This document shows, piece after piece, positions 9,642 through 19,255 of a DNA stretch of 38,426 bases. Below the pieces are notes generated by a model. The model worked only from the letters and a program-made list of their open reading frames with translations, had not been told where the DNA came from and ran no database searches. The position numbers were made by a program, and so were the translations under genes. This stretch comes from a virus (taxonomy: Duplodnaviria; Caudoviricetes). Each line of letters begins with the position of its first letter. Positions within the stretch are counted from its first letter, which is position 1. The stretch is from positions 1 through 38,426 of IMG/VR virus record IMGVR_UViG_3300042881_003247; one strand, 5' to 3'.

Positions 9642-11567
9642 ATGGCACAATCTAAAGCACCCACATGGAACAACGTAACCGTTGAAGACCCTTCGGGCAT
9701 GTTTAGCAACCTGACGAAAACCGGAGCGAATGCTGCGGCGAACGCAAACGTCTCTGGGATGAACCTTGAGGCGCTGAACGTCCTAACGAGCATCTTGAGT
9801 GACGGCGGCGTCGGATTGATGAACCCCGAGCTGTCAAAGTCTCTGGCCAACTACACCAAGAGATTCGGCGTGAAGTCAGGCGATATTGTCAATCAGCAGA
9901 AGCTGAAAAACGACATCAGCTCAATCACACAGCAGATTGAGTCAGGAGTTGGGAAAAACGGAAAGCCGCTGACGGCAAAACAGATTGAGGCACTTGGCAA
10001 AAGAAAGACAGCGCTTGGCGGCAAGCTGACGCAAATCACTACCAAAATTGATTCTGCCAACAAGAATCTTACTGAGTTCAAGGGCAAGCTCTATGATGGC
10101 GCGCCCAAGGCAACTGACGTAATAAGCAATGCGTTTCCAGAGTTCAAGGAAACGGCCGACGCTGCGGCGCCCTGGCTCAGTAAGATGGGCAAGCTCGGAG
10201 CGACCGGCGAGTCGCTCATGTCAGCGCTTTCCGAGGGGTACACAGCCGGCGACATCCGCAGCAACGATGTGACCGCTGTCGGTTCTGGCAGCGGCATAAC
10301 CATCGGAGGCCCGTCTCGCTACGCGCCGGATCAAATCCAAGCAGTCAACGCCGCGCGCGTGGCTGATGTGCGCGCGCAGGAGGTTGGAGCTGGCGCCCTT
10401 GGCGGGACGCTGCTAGGCCGCGCCCAAACGATGGCGAACAGCACCGGACAACTAAGCGAGCAAGCCGCCCGGGATGCGGTGCAGGCCGCTCGGCAGGGCT
10501 TTGCCGCTCGCGGGCTGGCAACCGGGAATGCCGCGCTCGGCGCAGAGCTGCTTAACCGCGACCGCTATTCACGGCAGCGCCAGTTTGAGGATCTTGGTTT
10601 TGCGAGGCAGATTCAGACCGACGACATCGACCGTCAGGTCCGCAACGCACAAAACGTGCTTACCGGCGACATGGCAAACCAATCGACGGCAGCGAATTTG
10701 TCTATCGCTGACCAGCGCGCCGCCATGGAGGCGCTGACAAGCAACCAGACGGCAAACCAAAGGGCTGACGAATTTTATCCAACCGAAGAGGGGCGCCGGT
10801 TGGCCAACAATCAGACTGACCTTACGACCCGCCAGACCTTTGACGCGGGTCAGGCCAACACGGTCAACACGGCCAACGCAAACCGCGCGCTTGACGCCAG
10901 CATCGCCGATGAGAATGCCAAGCTCTCGGGCAGTAACCAGAACCTCTACGCACTCGGACAAGCGTACAACCTTGACCGCAATCTAACGCAAGACGGCCTG
11001 ACGGCGGTCGGCGTAGAGGGAGACCTGGCCTCCAAGGCAAACCCAAACAACATGCTGCTCAACATATTCCAGTCTGGGCAGCCCACAGGGTCGCAAGCGC
11101 TTGGGCCAGCAGCGGGGCTTACCGGATCATATTTGGGCGCAAAAGCGGAGGCTGACATTGCCAACTCCAATGCCGACCTGTGGACAGATTCCCTTAGCTT
11201 CAGCAACCCCAACTCGCAGCCGAATTATTTGACCGGCAGCGCTGTTGGAGACTTTGCGCTTAATACCGTTGTCAGCGGCGCAAAAACCGCCACCGAAGCA
11301 TATCTCGCCAAGTCTGACCGCCGCCTCAAAGAAAACATCAAGCCAGTCGGCAAGGCCGGCGATATCCTCGGGCTGACCGCTTACCGCTATCAATACAAGG
11401 ACGACCCAAAGAACAAGCAGCGTGTCGGCTTTATGGCGCAGGATGTGAAGCGCGTGCTGCCGGACGCTGTCCGCGAAATCACTGTCGGCGGGCGCAAGCG
11501 CCTTGCCATTAAGCCGCAAGCCATCGGCGAGGCGCTCGCAAGGGAGCTTATGGCGCAATCACGATAA
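9642..11567 (+). CDS. Internal virion / DNA ejection protein with C-terminal peptidase S74-like chaperone domain
   Basis: A/N/Q-rich helical body. 'SDRRLKENIKPVG...GFMAQDVKRVLPDAV' starts at ~11313. Confidence 0.7.
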   Translation: MAQSKAPTWNNVTVEDPSGMFSNLTKTGANAAANANVSGMNLEALNVLTSILSDGGVGLMNPELSKSLANYTKRFGVKSGDIVNQQKLKNDISSITQQIESGVGKNGKPLTAKQIEALGKRKTALGGKLTQITTKIDSANKNLTEFKGKLYDGAPKATDVISNAFPEFKETADAAAPWLSKMGKLGATGESLMSALSEGYTAGDIRSNDVTAVGSGSGITIGGPSRYAPDQIQAVNAARVADVRAQEVGAGALGGTLLGRAQTMANSTGQLSEQAARDAVQAARQGFAARGLATGNAALGAELLNRDRYSRQRQFEDLGFARQIQTDDIDRQVRNAQNVLTGDMANQSTAANLSIADQRAAMEALTSNQTANQRADEFYPTEEGRRLANNQTDLTTRQTFDAGQANTVNTANANRALDASIADENAKLSGSNQNLYALGQAYNLDRNLTQDGLTAVGVEGDLASKANPNNMLLNIFQSGQPTGSQALGPAAGLTGSYLGAKAEADIANSNADLWTDSLSFSNPNSQPNYLTGSAVGDFALNTVVSGAKTATEAYLAKSDRRLKENIKPVGKAGDILGLTAYRYQYKDDPKNKQRVGFMAQDVKRVLPDAVREITVGGRKRLAIKPQAIGEALARELMAQSR

Positions 11568-11589
11568 CCAAACAAACAGGAGAAACACT

Positions 11590-12180
11590 ATGGCTTCATT
11601 CCAAGCACCATTCGATATCATGGATCTGCGCAAGCAGAACCTTCTAGAAGAGCAAATGCGCAACGCGCCGCAGCAGCAGATGATGGAAAACATCGGCTCG
11701 TCCATCGAAAGCCTCATGGGTTCCTACGTTGAGGGACAGCAAAAGAGGGCCGCAGGCAAAGCATACAAGACGGCTTTCGGCGTCCTCGGGCCGGCGCTTG
11801 GCATGGACGAGGCAACGCTCAAGTCTTTGACCGGCGAACTGAAAAGCGACGCTGACTGGGCAGACTTTGGGTCCACAATGGGGCCGTTTATTCCTTCGAT
11901 TGCTAACGCGCAGCTTGGCCGCAGCCGCCTCGGCGTGCAGCAAAATGCTCCCTACGTTGCCCAAGACATAAAAAACCGACAGAACATCGCCAGCGGAAAC
12001 GTGCCGTATGGCGGTGGCATGGCTCCGGTTGAGCCGCCGCTTCCTGTGGCTGATGAGAACCTGCCGGCGGTCGGCGGGGCGCCGATGACTGCGCCAAGCT
12101 CATCAATTCCGGGCGGGCAAAGCTCAATTGATGCCATCAACCGTGACCGCCAACGCCGCGGCCTGCCGCCAATCAAATAA
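11590..12180 (+). CDS. Putative internal virion (ejection) protein
   Basis: ATG at 11590 is preceded by AGGAGA. G/A/Q/M-rich, in the ejection-gene block. Confidence 0.55.
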   Translation: MASFQAPFDIMDLRKQNLLEEQMRNAPQQQMMENIGSSIESLMGSYVEGQQKRAAGKAYKTAFGVLGPALGMDEATLKSLTGELKSDADWADFGSTMGPFIPSIANAQLGRSRLGVQQNAPYVAQDIKNRQNIASGNVPYGGGMAPVEPPLPVADENLPAVGGAPMTAPSSSIPGGQSSIDAINRDRQRRGLPPIK

Positions 12181-12183
12181 CCC

Positions 12184-13077
12184 ATGGACGAAGAAGAAAA
12201 CATCGGCGCGGCGCTTGATGCGCCCGAATACATGTATGGCGGCGCTCCAGTTATTGAAGACCCCGCCAGCTTTGCCGTAGCTCCGACCGGCACACAGATG
12301 GACCTTAGCTTCCTGGACGAGCCTTACAGCGAAGGCTGGGATGAAAGCAAAAAGGCCCTGTGGCAGCAGAAGTGGATTTCTGGCATTAGCCCGACTCCCG
12401 CCGACGCGGCAAAGACGGCTCAGTCGATTCTTGCCGATGAGCGCAAGGCGGCGACCGAAAGGTCAGCGCAGCGCGGCAAGCCGATGACCAGCGAGCAGGT
12501 GTCGCAGTTGACGCAGCTAGATTCTGTAGCCAACACGCTGCAGATGCTGGACTCGCGCGTGCAGGGCGTTCCAGACAAGGACCGCGGGCCATTTTATGGT
12601 AAGGCCCGAGGCGTTAATCCATACGACAAGCAGGCGCAGGAAATTGCGGCCCTAACAACGGGCGTTGTTACACCCATGGCTCGAGGCGTGTTCAATGAGG
12701 TTGGCGTAATTACAGCTACCGACGAGGCGCGCTACCGCGCGATGCTCCCAACACTTTCTGATACTCCAGATATCTCTAGAACAAAAATGGCCAACCTCAA
12801 GACGCTGCTGCGCGATTCAAAGATTGCGCAGATTGAGAACATGAAAAAAGCCGGCCTTGATGTCGGCGGCTTTGAGGAAGACCTTGGTCTCCTTGTCTCT
12901 GAGCGCGACTCGGGGAAAAAGCAGCAGCAAGACGCCCAAGCAACCAAGCAGCAGCAAGCACCATTGCTTCCAGTAATGCGCGGCAAGCAAGGCGAGCGTG
13001 TTATTCTGATCACGCCGGAAAACCCTGCATTCGACCCGACCGAGAACAACGGTCAGCCCTACTATGAGGCGGAATAA
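12184..13077 (+). CDS. Putative internal virion (ejection) protein
   Basis: 'MARGVFNEVGVITATDEARYRAMLP' resembles a motif seen in ejection proteins; coupled to the next gene. Confidence 0.55.
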   Translation: MDEEENIGAALDAPEYMYGGAPVIEDPASFAVAPTGTQMDLSFLDEPYSEGWDESKKALWQQKWISGISPTPADAAKTAQSILADERKAATERSAQRGKPMTSEQVSQLTQLDSVANTLQMLDSRVQGVPDKDRGPFYGKARGVNPYDKQAQEIAALTTGVVTPMARGVFNEVGVITATDEARYRAMLPTLSDTPDISRTKMANLKTLLRDSKIAQIENMKKAGLDVGGFEEDLGLLVSERDSGKKQQQDAQATKQQQAPLLPVMRGKQGERVILITPENPAFDPTENNGQPYYEAE

Positions 13078-16000
13078 TGGCGAAAACGCGATACAAGCCA
13101 GAGGAGCTAATGCAGCAAGGAGAACCGGCTGTTGCCATTCTGCCAAGCGAGCAGCCGGTATCACCGTTTCTTGATCCGTCTGTCGCCCAGGCCGAGCCGC
13201 AGGGTAGCGAGCTTTACAATCTAGGGACGGTCCAGCAGCGCGCGGTGTCAACGCGTGACGCTGACATGTACATGCCGTCCTATCTGCAGGCGGCTCGCAA
13301 CTACCCAACAGGCGCAGAGGGCGGCGCAACGAGGCCGGAGGGCGCAAGTCCGATGCTGTATCCCAGCCAAGCCGAGACTCAGCCTAGGGTGCGTGCGCGC
13401 TATAAGCCAGAGGAAGCGCTGGCCATCGCCGAAGCAAATCGACCGAAAAGGTATTCGCCAGACCAGATGCTGGATATTGCGGCCGAGTCGATGTTCGACG
13501 CAAGCCAGCCGCCGCTTCCGAAAGATTTGTGGAAGGCCGCAACGCAGCGCCGCTCCGAGATGGTCAAAGATGGTCGGCTGCCCATGGAATTTGGTCAGAT
13601 TGATTCGCTGAAGGACGGCATCGTCTGGGCTGCCAATTCCCTTTATGGCGCTGGCTCGTATCTCGTCTCTGCTCCGATTGCTGCTGCGACATCTTACGCC
13701 GCATCCCCTATTGAGTCGCAACGGCAGATGCACGCAACGGCCGCGGCGACAATCAAGCGGCTTTCCACCGAATTTGGCCTGCAGACCTACCAAGACATTT
13801 TCAATCTGACGCATGAACCGAAGTATCGCGTCAAGGAGACCGGACAGTTTGTCGCCGTAAACAAGACAGGACTGCCGCTCATGCTGCCCGCGGCGAGCGG
13901 CGGCAACAACGTCATCAGCGGCGACGGCATCATCAATCCGGTGGCGCCAGAAGCCGGCATGCGGCAATTTGCCAAGGAGGGCATGACGCTGGTTCCGACA
14001 AACGAGCAAGACCTCGAGGATTACCGTTACGGACAGTATTTGGACCGCATGGGCGTTGGCGCCCAGTCGATTGAGGACATGAAGGCCAAGGCGCCGCCGG
14101 AGCTTCTGGCCGCTCTGGCCAGCGGTAACTGGGATTCTGTGGAGCCAAACCAAGCGCAGACTGAGTTGGCACTGCTCGCCGCCCAGGCAGCCATTCCCAT
14201 CGGCGGCTCTGCGCGCACTTGGGGCGTTGGTCGAAGGGTTGCCGCAGGCATTTCCAAGGCCGCAGAGAAGGTTGAAGCTATCGCCGGGTTCCCGGTGGAC
14301 GTGGACACCGCGCTTCGCGCCAAGTTTGTCAAGGCAGTGACTAGCGGAACCGGAGCCGATGCGGTGGCGCAGAAGACCGCTATGCAGGCGGCAATCGACG
14401 CCGGCAAGACAACGGCCAAGGTCGGCGGCGCTTACGGCGTGGCCGCTGGCGTGTCGTCATTTGAGGGGACGCCGAGCGAGATCAAGGATTTGGCGTGGAC
14501 TGCAGCCAATCTCTACAGCGGATACAAGGGCGGAATGTATGTTGCGCGCCAACTTCGATCCGCATCAGGATTCACTAAGACTGTGCTCAAGGAGGTGGCT
14601 GACCCTAGCCGCGGGCTTGATGCCGGCGCTCGCGCTGCTGTGGCAGCCAACCCTGCCGTACCGCAGTCAGTGCGCGAGGTGCTGGAAAGTCCGTCTCGCT
14701 ACCGCGCCATGGAGTCAACTCCGGCGCGTCTGTCAAAGAACCCGGAGCTGTCGCCGACATCCCGAGCCGTCTTCAACAAACTGAGCGACTACCGCTTTGT
14801 ACAGACCGCTCGACTTGCCAGAGACACAGCGGCGGGCGTGCCCAAGGGCATCGCGCTGAACGCTCCGTTCATTGCCGGTGCGCTGGCCAGCGATGACCCT
14901 GAGCGCGCAGGACAGATGATTGCGGCTGGCGGCTTGTTTGGCGCCGTTGGTGGTGCCGCAAGCCGATTCACCGAGGCCAATATGCGCCGAGGCGAGGAAG
15001 CCAACAGCGACATCGCCCGCATGCTGGTTGATGTCCAAGCGGGCAACGAGCTGGGCAGCGGACTCGGCGGCGAGATCATGCGCAATCGCGTGCGCCCCGG
15101 CACCAAGTTTCAAGACGGCGAACGCGGTTTCGTCATGCCGGAGCAAGAAGTCGCCTCATTCCTCACCGAAATGGAGATGGCCGGCGCTGACGTGGCGGCA
15201 TTCGTGCAGGGCAAGAGCTTTGACGAGCTGGCGCAGTGGGCGGCGTACCAAGGCTTTTTCCGCAACAAGGTCGATCTCGTCCCGCTCAACGCTACGGACT
15301 ACAAGCTCAACGCCGAGGCTGCCGGCCAGAATGGTTCTGGCGCTTACTTCCTGCAACCTTCCGAGGGACGCCGCGCGCGCATCTTCGTTAATGCCGAGAG
15401 CCGCCGCAATGGCTTGGCCCCGCACGAATACGGACACGCCGTCCTGCGCGGCGGTGCCTTGTCGCCCGACCAGATCGATGCGGTGCATGCCGAGATCAAT
15501 GCGCGCTACGCACCGGATGCGCTGCGCAACATGGCCGGCGAGTATGCGGCAACGATGGTGCGCGCCGAGAATGCCAAGCAGGGCATCAACATCGAGCCAA
15601 GCCCCGCGGCGATCACGGCCAAGGTTAATGAGCTGTCGCAGGGCAGCATGATCAAGGGCAGCGCGGATGGTCTCGATTGGCTGCGCGAGGAGATCTTCGC
15701 CGAGGAGTTCCGCAACGCCAACATCGACATGAACAGGGCGCGGCGCAACATCCCGCTCGGAGCCAACCCGGTGTCGTTCTTTGAGAACCTGCTCGGCGCC
15801 CAGTCGCGTGCACTGCACATGGCGGGTATCGACATCGATCCGCAGACCGGAAAGCCGATGGGGCGCGACCAAATCTTCAAAGAGAACCGTGTGGCGGCCG
15901 GCGATCCAGTCGTGATGAAGAATTACGAAGACTACGTTAAGCAGTGGAAGCGATGGATCAATGACCCAACGCATGAGGTCGATCCTGGCGTGCCGCTTTC

Positions 16001-18950
16001 CAAAACCGGCAATCCGCAGGACACGGCGAACAGTCCCAACGTGACGTGGAAAGACTACGGGCGCGGGCGCATGGAGACAGAGTTTGCGGTCAAGAACCCG
16101 GACGGCAGCGTGACGCCGAAGGACTGGAACAAGGAGATTAAGCCGACCGTGAGAGCGCGCCAGCAAGCAGTGCGCGAGATGTCCAACCGATCCAAGGAGG
16201 TCGCCGCGGCGGACGATCAGACTTTCGGTATGCGCCGCCGCCGCGATGGACGCCTTGAGACCAGCGGACGCCGGTTGCCTGACTCGTTTTTCTTCATCCC
16301 GCAATACAAACCCTTCCACGACATCCTTCGCAAAATCAACGCCGCGGACGATATCGGCGAGACGCTGCAGGTGCGCTTCTTTGCCAAGGGCAAGTCTAAG
16401 GACGTGTTCAAGGACGGCATCAAGAACACCAGCGCCGTCAACCGCGAGGCGCTGCACGGCAACTTTGTCGCCAAGAAAGACGGCACACTCATGTGGGGCT
16501 GGCTGGACATGACGCAGTTCCGCAACCGCGCCATGAAGGCGATTGCCGACCGCAACCCAGCGCTGTCGGAATATGATTGGAACCTTAAGGCGATCATGGA
16601 TGACCTGCCAGTCCACCTCACAGATCAGCGGCGCGGCAAGGGTGGCGCTTTCTCGGTGGGGCCGGAGCGCGCCAACATCCTCAACGGACTAATCGGCATC
16701 GGCGATGGTCCGCTGGTCGGCGCCTTCGGCAAGGGAACTGCTTACAAGACCATCCACCTTGACAGCATCGACGCCATCGTGCCGACCGGAAAGACCGGCG
16801 GCGAGTTTGATGTCTACCGCGCCAACCGCAACGCCATGCCCGACGATCCCAAGCCGCCGGTGGACATGGAGACGGACATAGACAACAACCGCATGCCGCA
16901 GCAGATCCCGCGGGAGGCTCAAGGGATGCCGGATGTGGCGGCTTCTGGTAGGGGTAATGGGATGCCAAAGGAACCTCGCCGAGTTGGTCCGCTGTTTCAT
17001 GGAACACAAAGCGGCTCATTTGAGAGGTTTGATGCCTCAATGGCAGATCCACGGCATGGAGCTTTCTTTTTTGGAGAAAAATCAACCGCAACCCAATACG
17101 GCCCAAACGTAAGAAGCTACTACCTTGATTTTGACAACCTTTTTGACCCGACAAAAAACAAGAAACATCTTGAGTTGTATCGCAAATGGTCAAAGCAGCA
17201 GGAAAAAACTGAGCCAGTATCAAGAGATGGCTTTGTGTATGGGCCAGACTTTTTCACCAAGGAAGTTGGATCAAAAGACTTTCGCGTAAATTATCAAGAT
17301 GAATGGTGGATTTCACAAAAGATCAAGGATGCTGGTTTTGATGGGTTTGTCACAATGCAGCCTGACAACTCAACGGCATACGCTGTTTTTGATCCCAATA
17401 AAATAGCTCCGGCCCAGCGCGCCCAAGCCATGCCGGACTCCCTCGAGTCCATTCCCACCGACCAGCTCCAACGCCAATACGAGGAGAACCAAGGCTACCT
17501 CGGGCTGTCCACCTTGGGCATGCGTGAGGGCCGCCCGGTGCGTGGCGGCGCGGCGCAGACCCGCGAGCTGCTCCGGCGCAACGAGGCGATCAGCGCAGAG
17601 CTGGAGCGCCGCGGCGTGCGGGAGGAAGATCCGCAGTTGCAGCGGGCGTTGCAGAGGCGTGGGCAGGCGATGCCGGATGCTGTGCATGGCGACAACACAC
17701 CGCTACCGCCGCAGGTGCCGGATCGTGGGTTTTACATCATCGGCACCAAACCAACGGCAGATGGGCGCGTGCTTGAGTATCACCTAGATCCGGCGACAAC
17801 GATCCAGCCTCGTGTGGCAGACATCGAAAGCATCCGCGGTGAACAGGTAGCAATGCTCGAGGCTGACCGACACAACACTCGCGGCGACAATATGGGCGGG
17901 CCGTTGCATCCGTTCCTTATCAGCAACCAGACGATAGCAAGGCTGCTGGATGGTCGCGGATTCAAGGCGGTGTGGGCGAACATGAACAGCGCCTTTGTGA
18001 CTCGGGCGAAGAATATCGTGAAGAACACGACGGCGGGGCACGCGCTAATCCAGATTATGAAGGAGAATGCGCACCGCAGTAATCGCAAGTTCGTGATGGA
18101 CGTGACGAGCGAGATCGATGCGCGGCGGGCCAACATGACCAGCGAGCAGGCAGACTTCTTGCACGTCCTCCTTGAGCTTGGCGCAATCAATCCGCAGGGT
18201 CGCATCAACCAGGCTTATAGCAGGATAAAGCGAGCGTCTGATGCCGCGCTGGAGGGCGAGGCCACGATGGCAGAGGTCGCAGAGGCGCAGCGAGACTACG
18301 ATCAGACCTTTGACAAATATCAGCCGATGGTTGAGTTCTTGAACCGGCTCAGTCCGCTCAAGTCGCATGCAACTCGGGGAAGGTCTAAGGAGTTTGCCGG
18401 GGAGTTTGCCTCAGTGATTTCCAAGCATGGTAGCTCGCCCTGGTACAGCTCGATGGCGTCGAAATATCGCAACACGAAGTTTGTCGATGAGGCGGCGCGG
18501 TTTTCATTCAAGCAACGCGGGGCGGCGATGGATCGCATCACCGGAATCCCGTTTGCGCCAGACGTGAAGGCGATGCTGAAAAACTCCATGGACTTTGTGA
18601 ACGGACAGAACCTCGACGTGGTCGGCGTGGTGCAACTCTCCAAGGACATGGATGCGTTTGCCGTTTACTTCGGCAAGAATCCCAAGGAGGAGGCAAAGAT
18701 GAGCGCCAACGAGCGGATGCTGCGCGATCAGTTCTTGGCGTCAGGGACGTTCAAGGCGCATCCGTCGTATGATTGGGTCATGCTGGGACCGGAGAATGCG
18801 GACAGCTTTATCCTAGATGCGCCGGCGGACCCGCTGAAGCTGTTCCCCGATTACGCGAAAAACCATCCCAACCCGAAGGTCAAAAAAGGCAGCAAAGAAA
18901 CTGTTGTCGGGACGATGAAAAAGAGTAAGATTCCCTTAGTTCTCAAATGA
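13077..18950 (+). CDS. Giant polyvalent ejection protein (zincin metallopeptidase + ADP-ribosyltransferase-like + unknown modules)
   Basis: 1957 aa. HEYGH at 15423-15437 with downstream 'EEIFAE'. 'LFHGT..FERFD..GAFFF..YG..GFDG..YAVFDPNKI' at ~16975-17410. Confidence 0.75.
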   Translation: MAKTRYKPEELMQQGEPAVAILPSEQPVSPFLDPSVAQAEPQGSELYNLGTVQQRAVSTRDADMYMPSYLQAARNYPTGAEGGATRPEGASPMLYPSQAETQPRVRARYKPEEALAIAEANRPKRYSPDQMLDIAAESMFDASQPPLPKDLWKAATQRRSEMVKDGRLPMEFGQIDSLKDGIVWAANSLYGAGSYLVSAPIAAATSYAASPIESQRQMHATAAATIKRLSTEFGLQTYQDIFNLTHEPKYRVKETGQFVAVNKTGLPLMLPAASGGNNVISGDGIINPVAPEAGMRQFAKEGMTLVPTNEQDLEDYRYGQYLDRMGVGAQSIEDMKAKAPPELLAALASGNWDSVEPNQAQTELALLAAQAAIPIGGSARTWGVGRRVAAGISKAAEKVEAIAGFPVDVDTALRAKFVKAVTSGTGADAVAQKTAMQAAIDAGKTTAKVGGAYGVAAGVSSFEGTPSEIKDLAWTAANLYSGYKGGMYVARQLRSASGFTKTVLKEVADPSRGLDAGARAAVAANPAVPQSVREVLESPSRYRAMESTPARLSKNPELSPTSRAVFNKLSDYRFVQTARLARDTAAGVPKGIALNAPFIAGALASDDPERAGQMIAAGGLFGAVGGAASRFTEANMRRGEEANSDIARMLVDVQAGNELGSGLGGEIMRNRVRPGTKFQDGERGFVMPEQEVASFLTEMEMAGADVAAFVQGKSFDELAQWAAYQGFFRNKVDLVPLNATDYKLNAEAAGQNGSGAYFLQPSEGRRARIFVNAESRRNGLAPHEYGHAVLRGGALSPDQIDAVHAEINARYAPDALRNMAGEYAATMVRAENAKQGINIEPSPAAITAKVNELSQGSMIKGSADGLDWLREEIFAEEFRNANIDMNRARRNIPLGANPVSFFENLLGAQSRALHMAGIDIDPQTGKPMGRDQIFKENRVAAGDPVVMKNYEDYVKQWKRWINDPTHEVDPGVPLSKTGNPQDTANSPNVTWKDYGRGRMETEFAVKNPDGSVTPKDWNKEIKPTVRARQQAVREMSNRSKEVAAADDQTFGMRRRRDGRLETSGRRLPDSFFFIPQYKPFHDILRKINAADDIGETLQVRFFAKGKSKDVFKDGIKNTSAVNREALHGNFVAKKDGTLMWGWLDMTQFRNRAMKAIADRNPALSEYDWNLKAIMDDLPVHLTDQRRGKGGAFSVGPERANILNGLIGIGDGPLVGAFGKGTAYKTIHLDSIDAIVPTGKTGGEFDVYRANRNAMPDDPKPPVDMETDIDNNRMPQQIPREAQGMPDVAASGRGNGMPKEPRRVGPLFHGTQSGSFERFDASMADPRHGAFFFGEKSTATQYGPNVRSYYLDFDNLFDPTKNKKHLELYRKWSKQQEKTEPVSRDGFVYGPDFFTKEVGSKDFRVNYQDEWWISQKIKDAGFDGFVTMQPDNSTAYAVFDPNKIAPAQRAQAMPDSLESIPTDQLQRQYEENQGYLGLSTLGMREGRPVRGGAAQTRELLRRNEAISAELERRGVREEDPQLQRALQRRGQAMPDAVHGDNTPLPPQVPDRGFYIIGTKPTADGRVLEYHLDPATTIQPRVADIESIRGEQVAMLEADRHNTRGDNMGGPLHPFLISNQTIARLLDGRGFKAVWANMNSAFVTRAKNIVKNTTAGHALIQIMKENAHRSNRKFVMDVTSEIDARRANMTSEQADFLHVLLELGAINPQGRINQAYSRIKRASDAALEGEATMAEVAEAQRDYDQTFDKYQPMVEFLNRLSPLKSHATRGRSKEFAGEFASVISKHGSSPWYSSMASKYRNTKFVDEAARFSFKQRGAAMDRITGIPFAPDVKAMLKNSMDFVNGQNLDVVGVVQLSKDMDAFAVYFGKNPKEEAKMSANERMLRDQFLASGTFKAHPSYDWVMLGPENADSFILDAPADPLKLFPDYAKNHPNPKVKKGSKETVVGTMKKSKIPLVLK

Positions 18951-19186
18951 CGAAATTCAACCCCAAAATCGACCATGTTCTGGTGACCGACAGCGATGCT
19001 GGCCCCGAGGGCTGGGAGCTGGTGCCGGTGCAGGATCTCAATGTGTTCTACAACCCGGCCAAGATGGACGAGGCGAAGATGGCCAAGATCGTCGAGGACT
19101 TCGAGAACGGCGAAGGCGAGATGATGGACAAGGTCGCCTATTTCGACACGGCGCTAGATCGGGAGTTAGAAGCGGAAACAGTTTAG
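18947..19186 (+). CDS. Small acidic hypothetical protein
   Basis: ATGA overlap with the giant gene; last gene before the terminator. Confidence 0.6.
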   Translation: MTKFNPKIDHVLVTDSDAGPEGWELVPVQDLNVFYNPAKMDEAKMAKIVEDFENGEGEMMDKVAYFDTALDRELEAETV

Positions 19187-19213
19187 CTCATCTGGCACGT
19201 CCAGAAAGAGACT

Positions 19214-19245
19214 AAGGGTCAGCTGCGGCTGGCCTTTTCTTTTTT
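19214..19245 (+). terminator. Rho-independent terminator ending the late operon
   Basis: Stem-loop GGTCAGC-TGCG-GCTGGCC followed by TTTTCTTTTTT. Confidence 0.75.
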
Positions 19246-19255
19246 GCCCTCTTAC

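Noticed and set aside
15156-16616. 486-aa minus-strand ORF, and many other long antisense ORFs in the track
   Set aside because: Shadow frames of high-GC3 plus-strand genes; no motifs and no expression signals.
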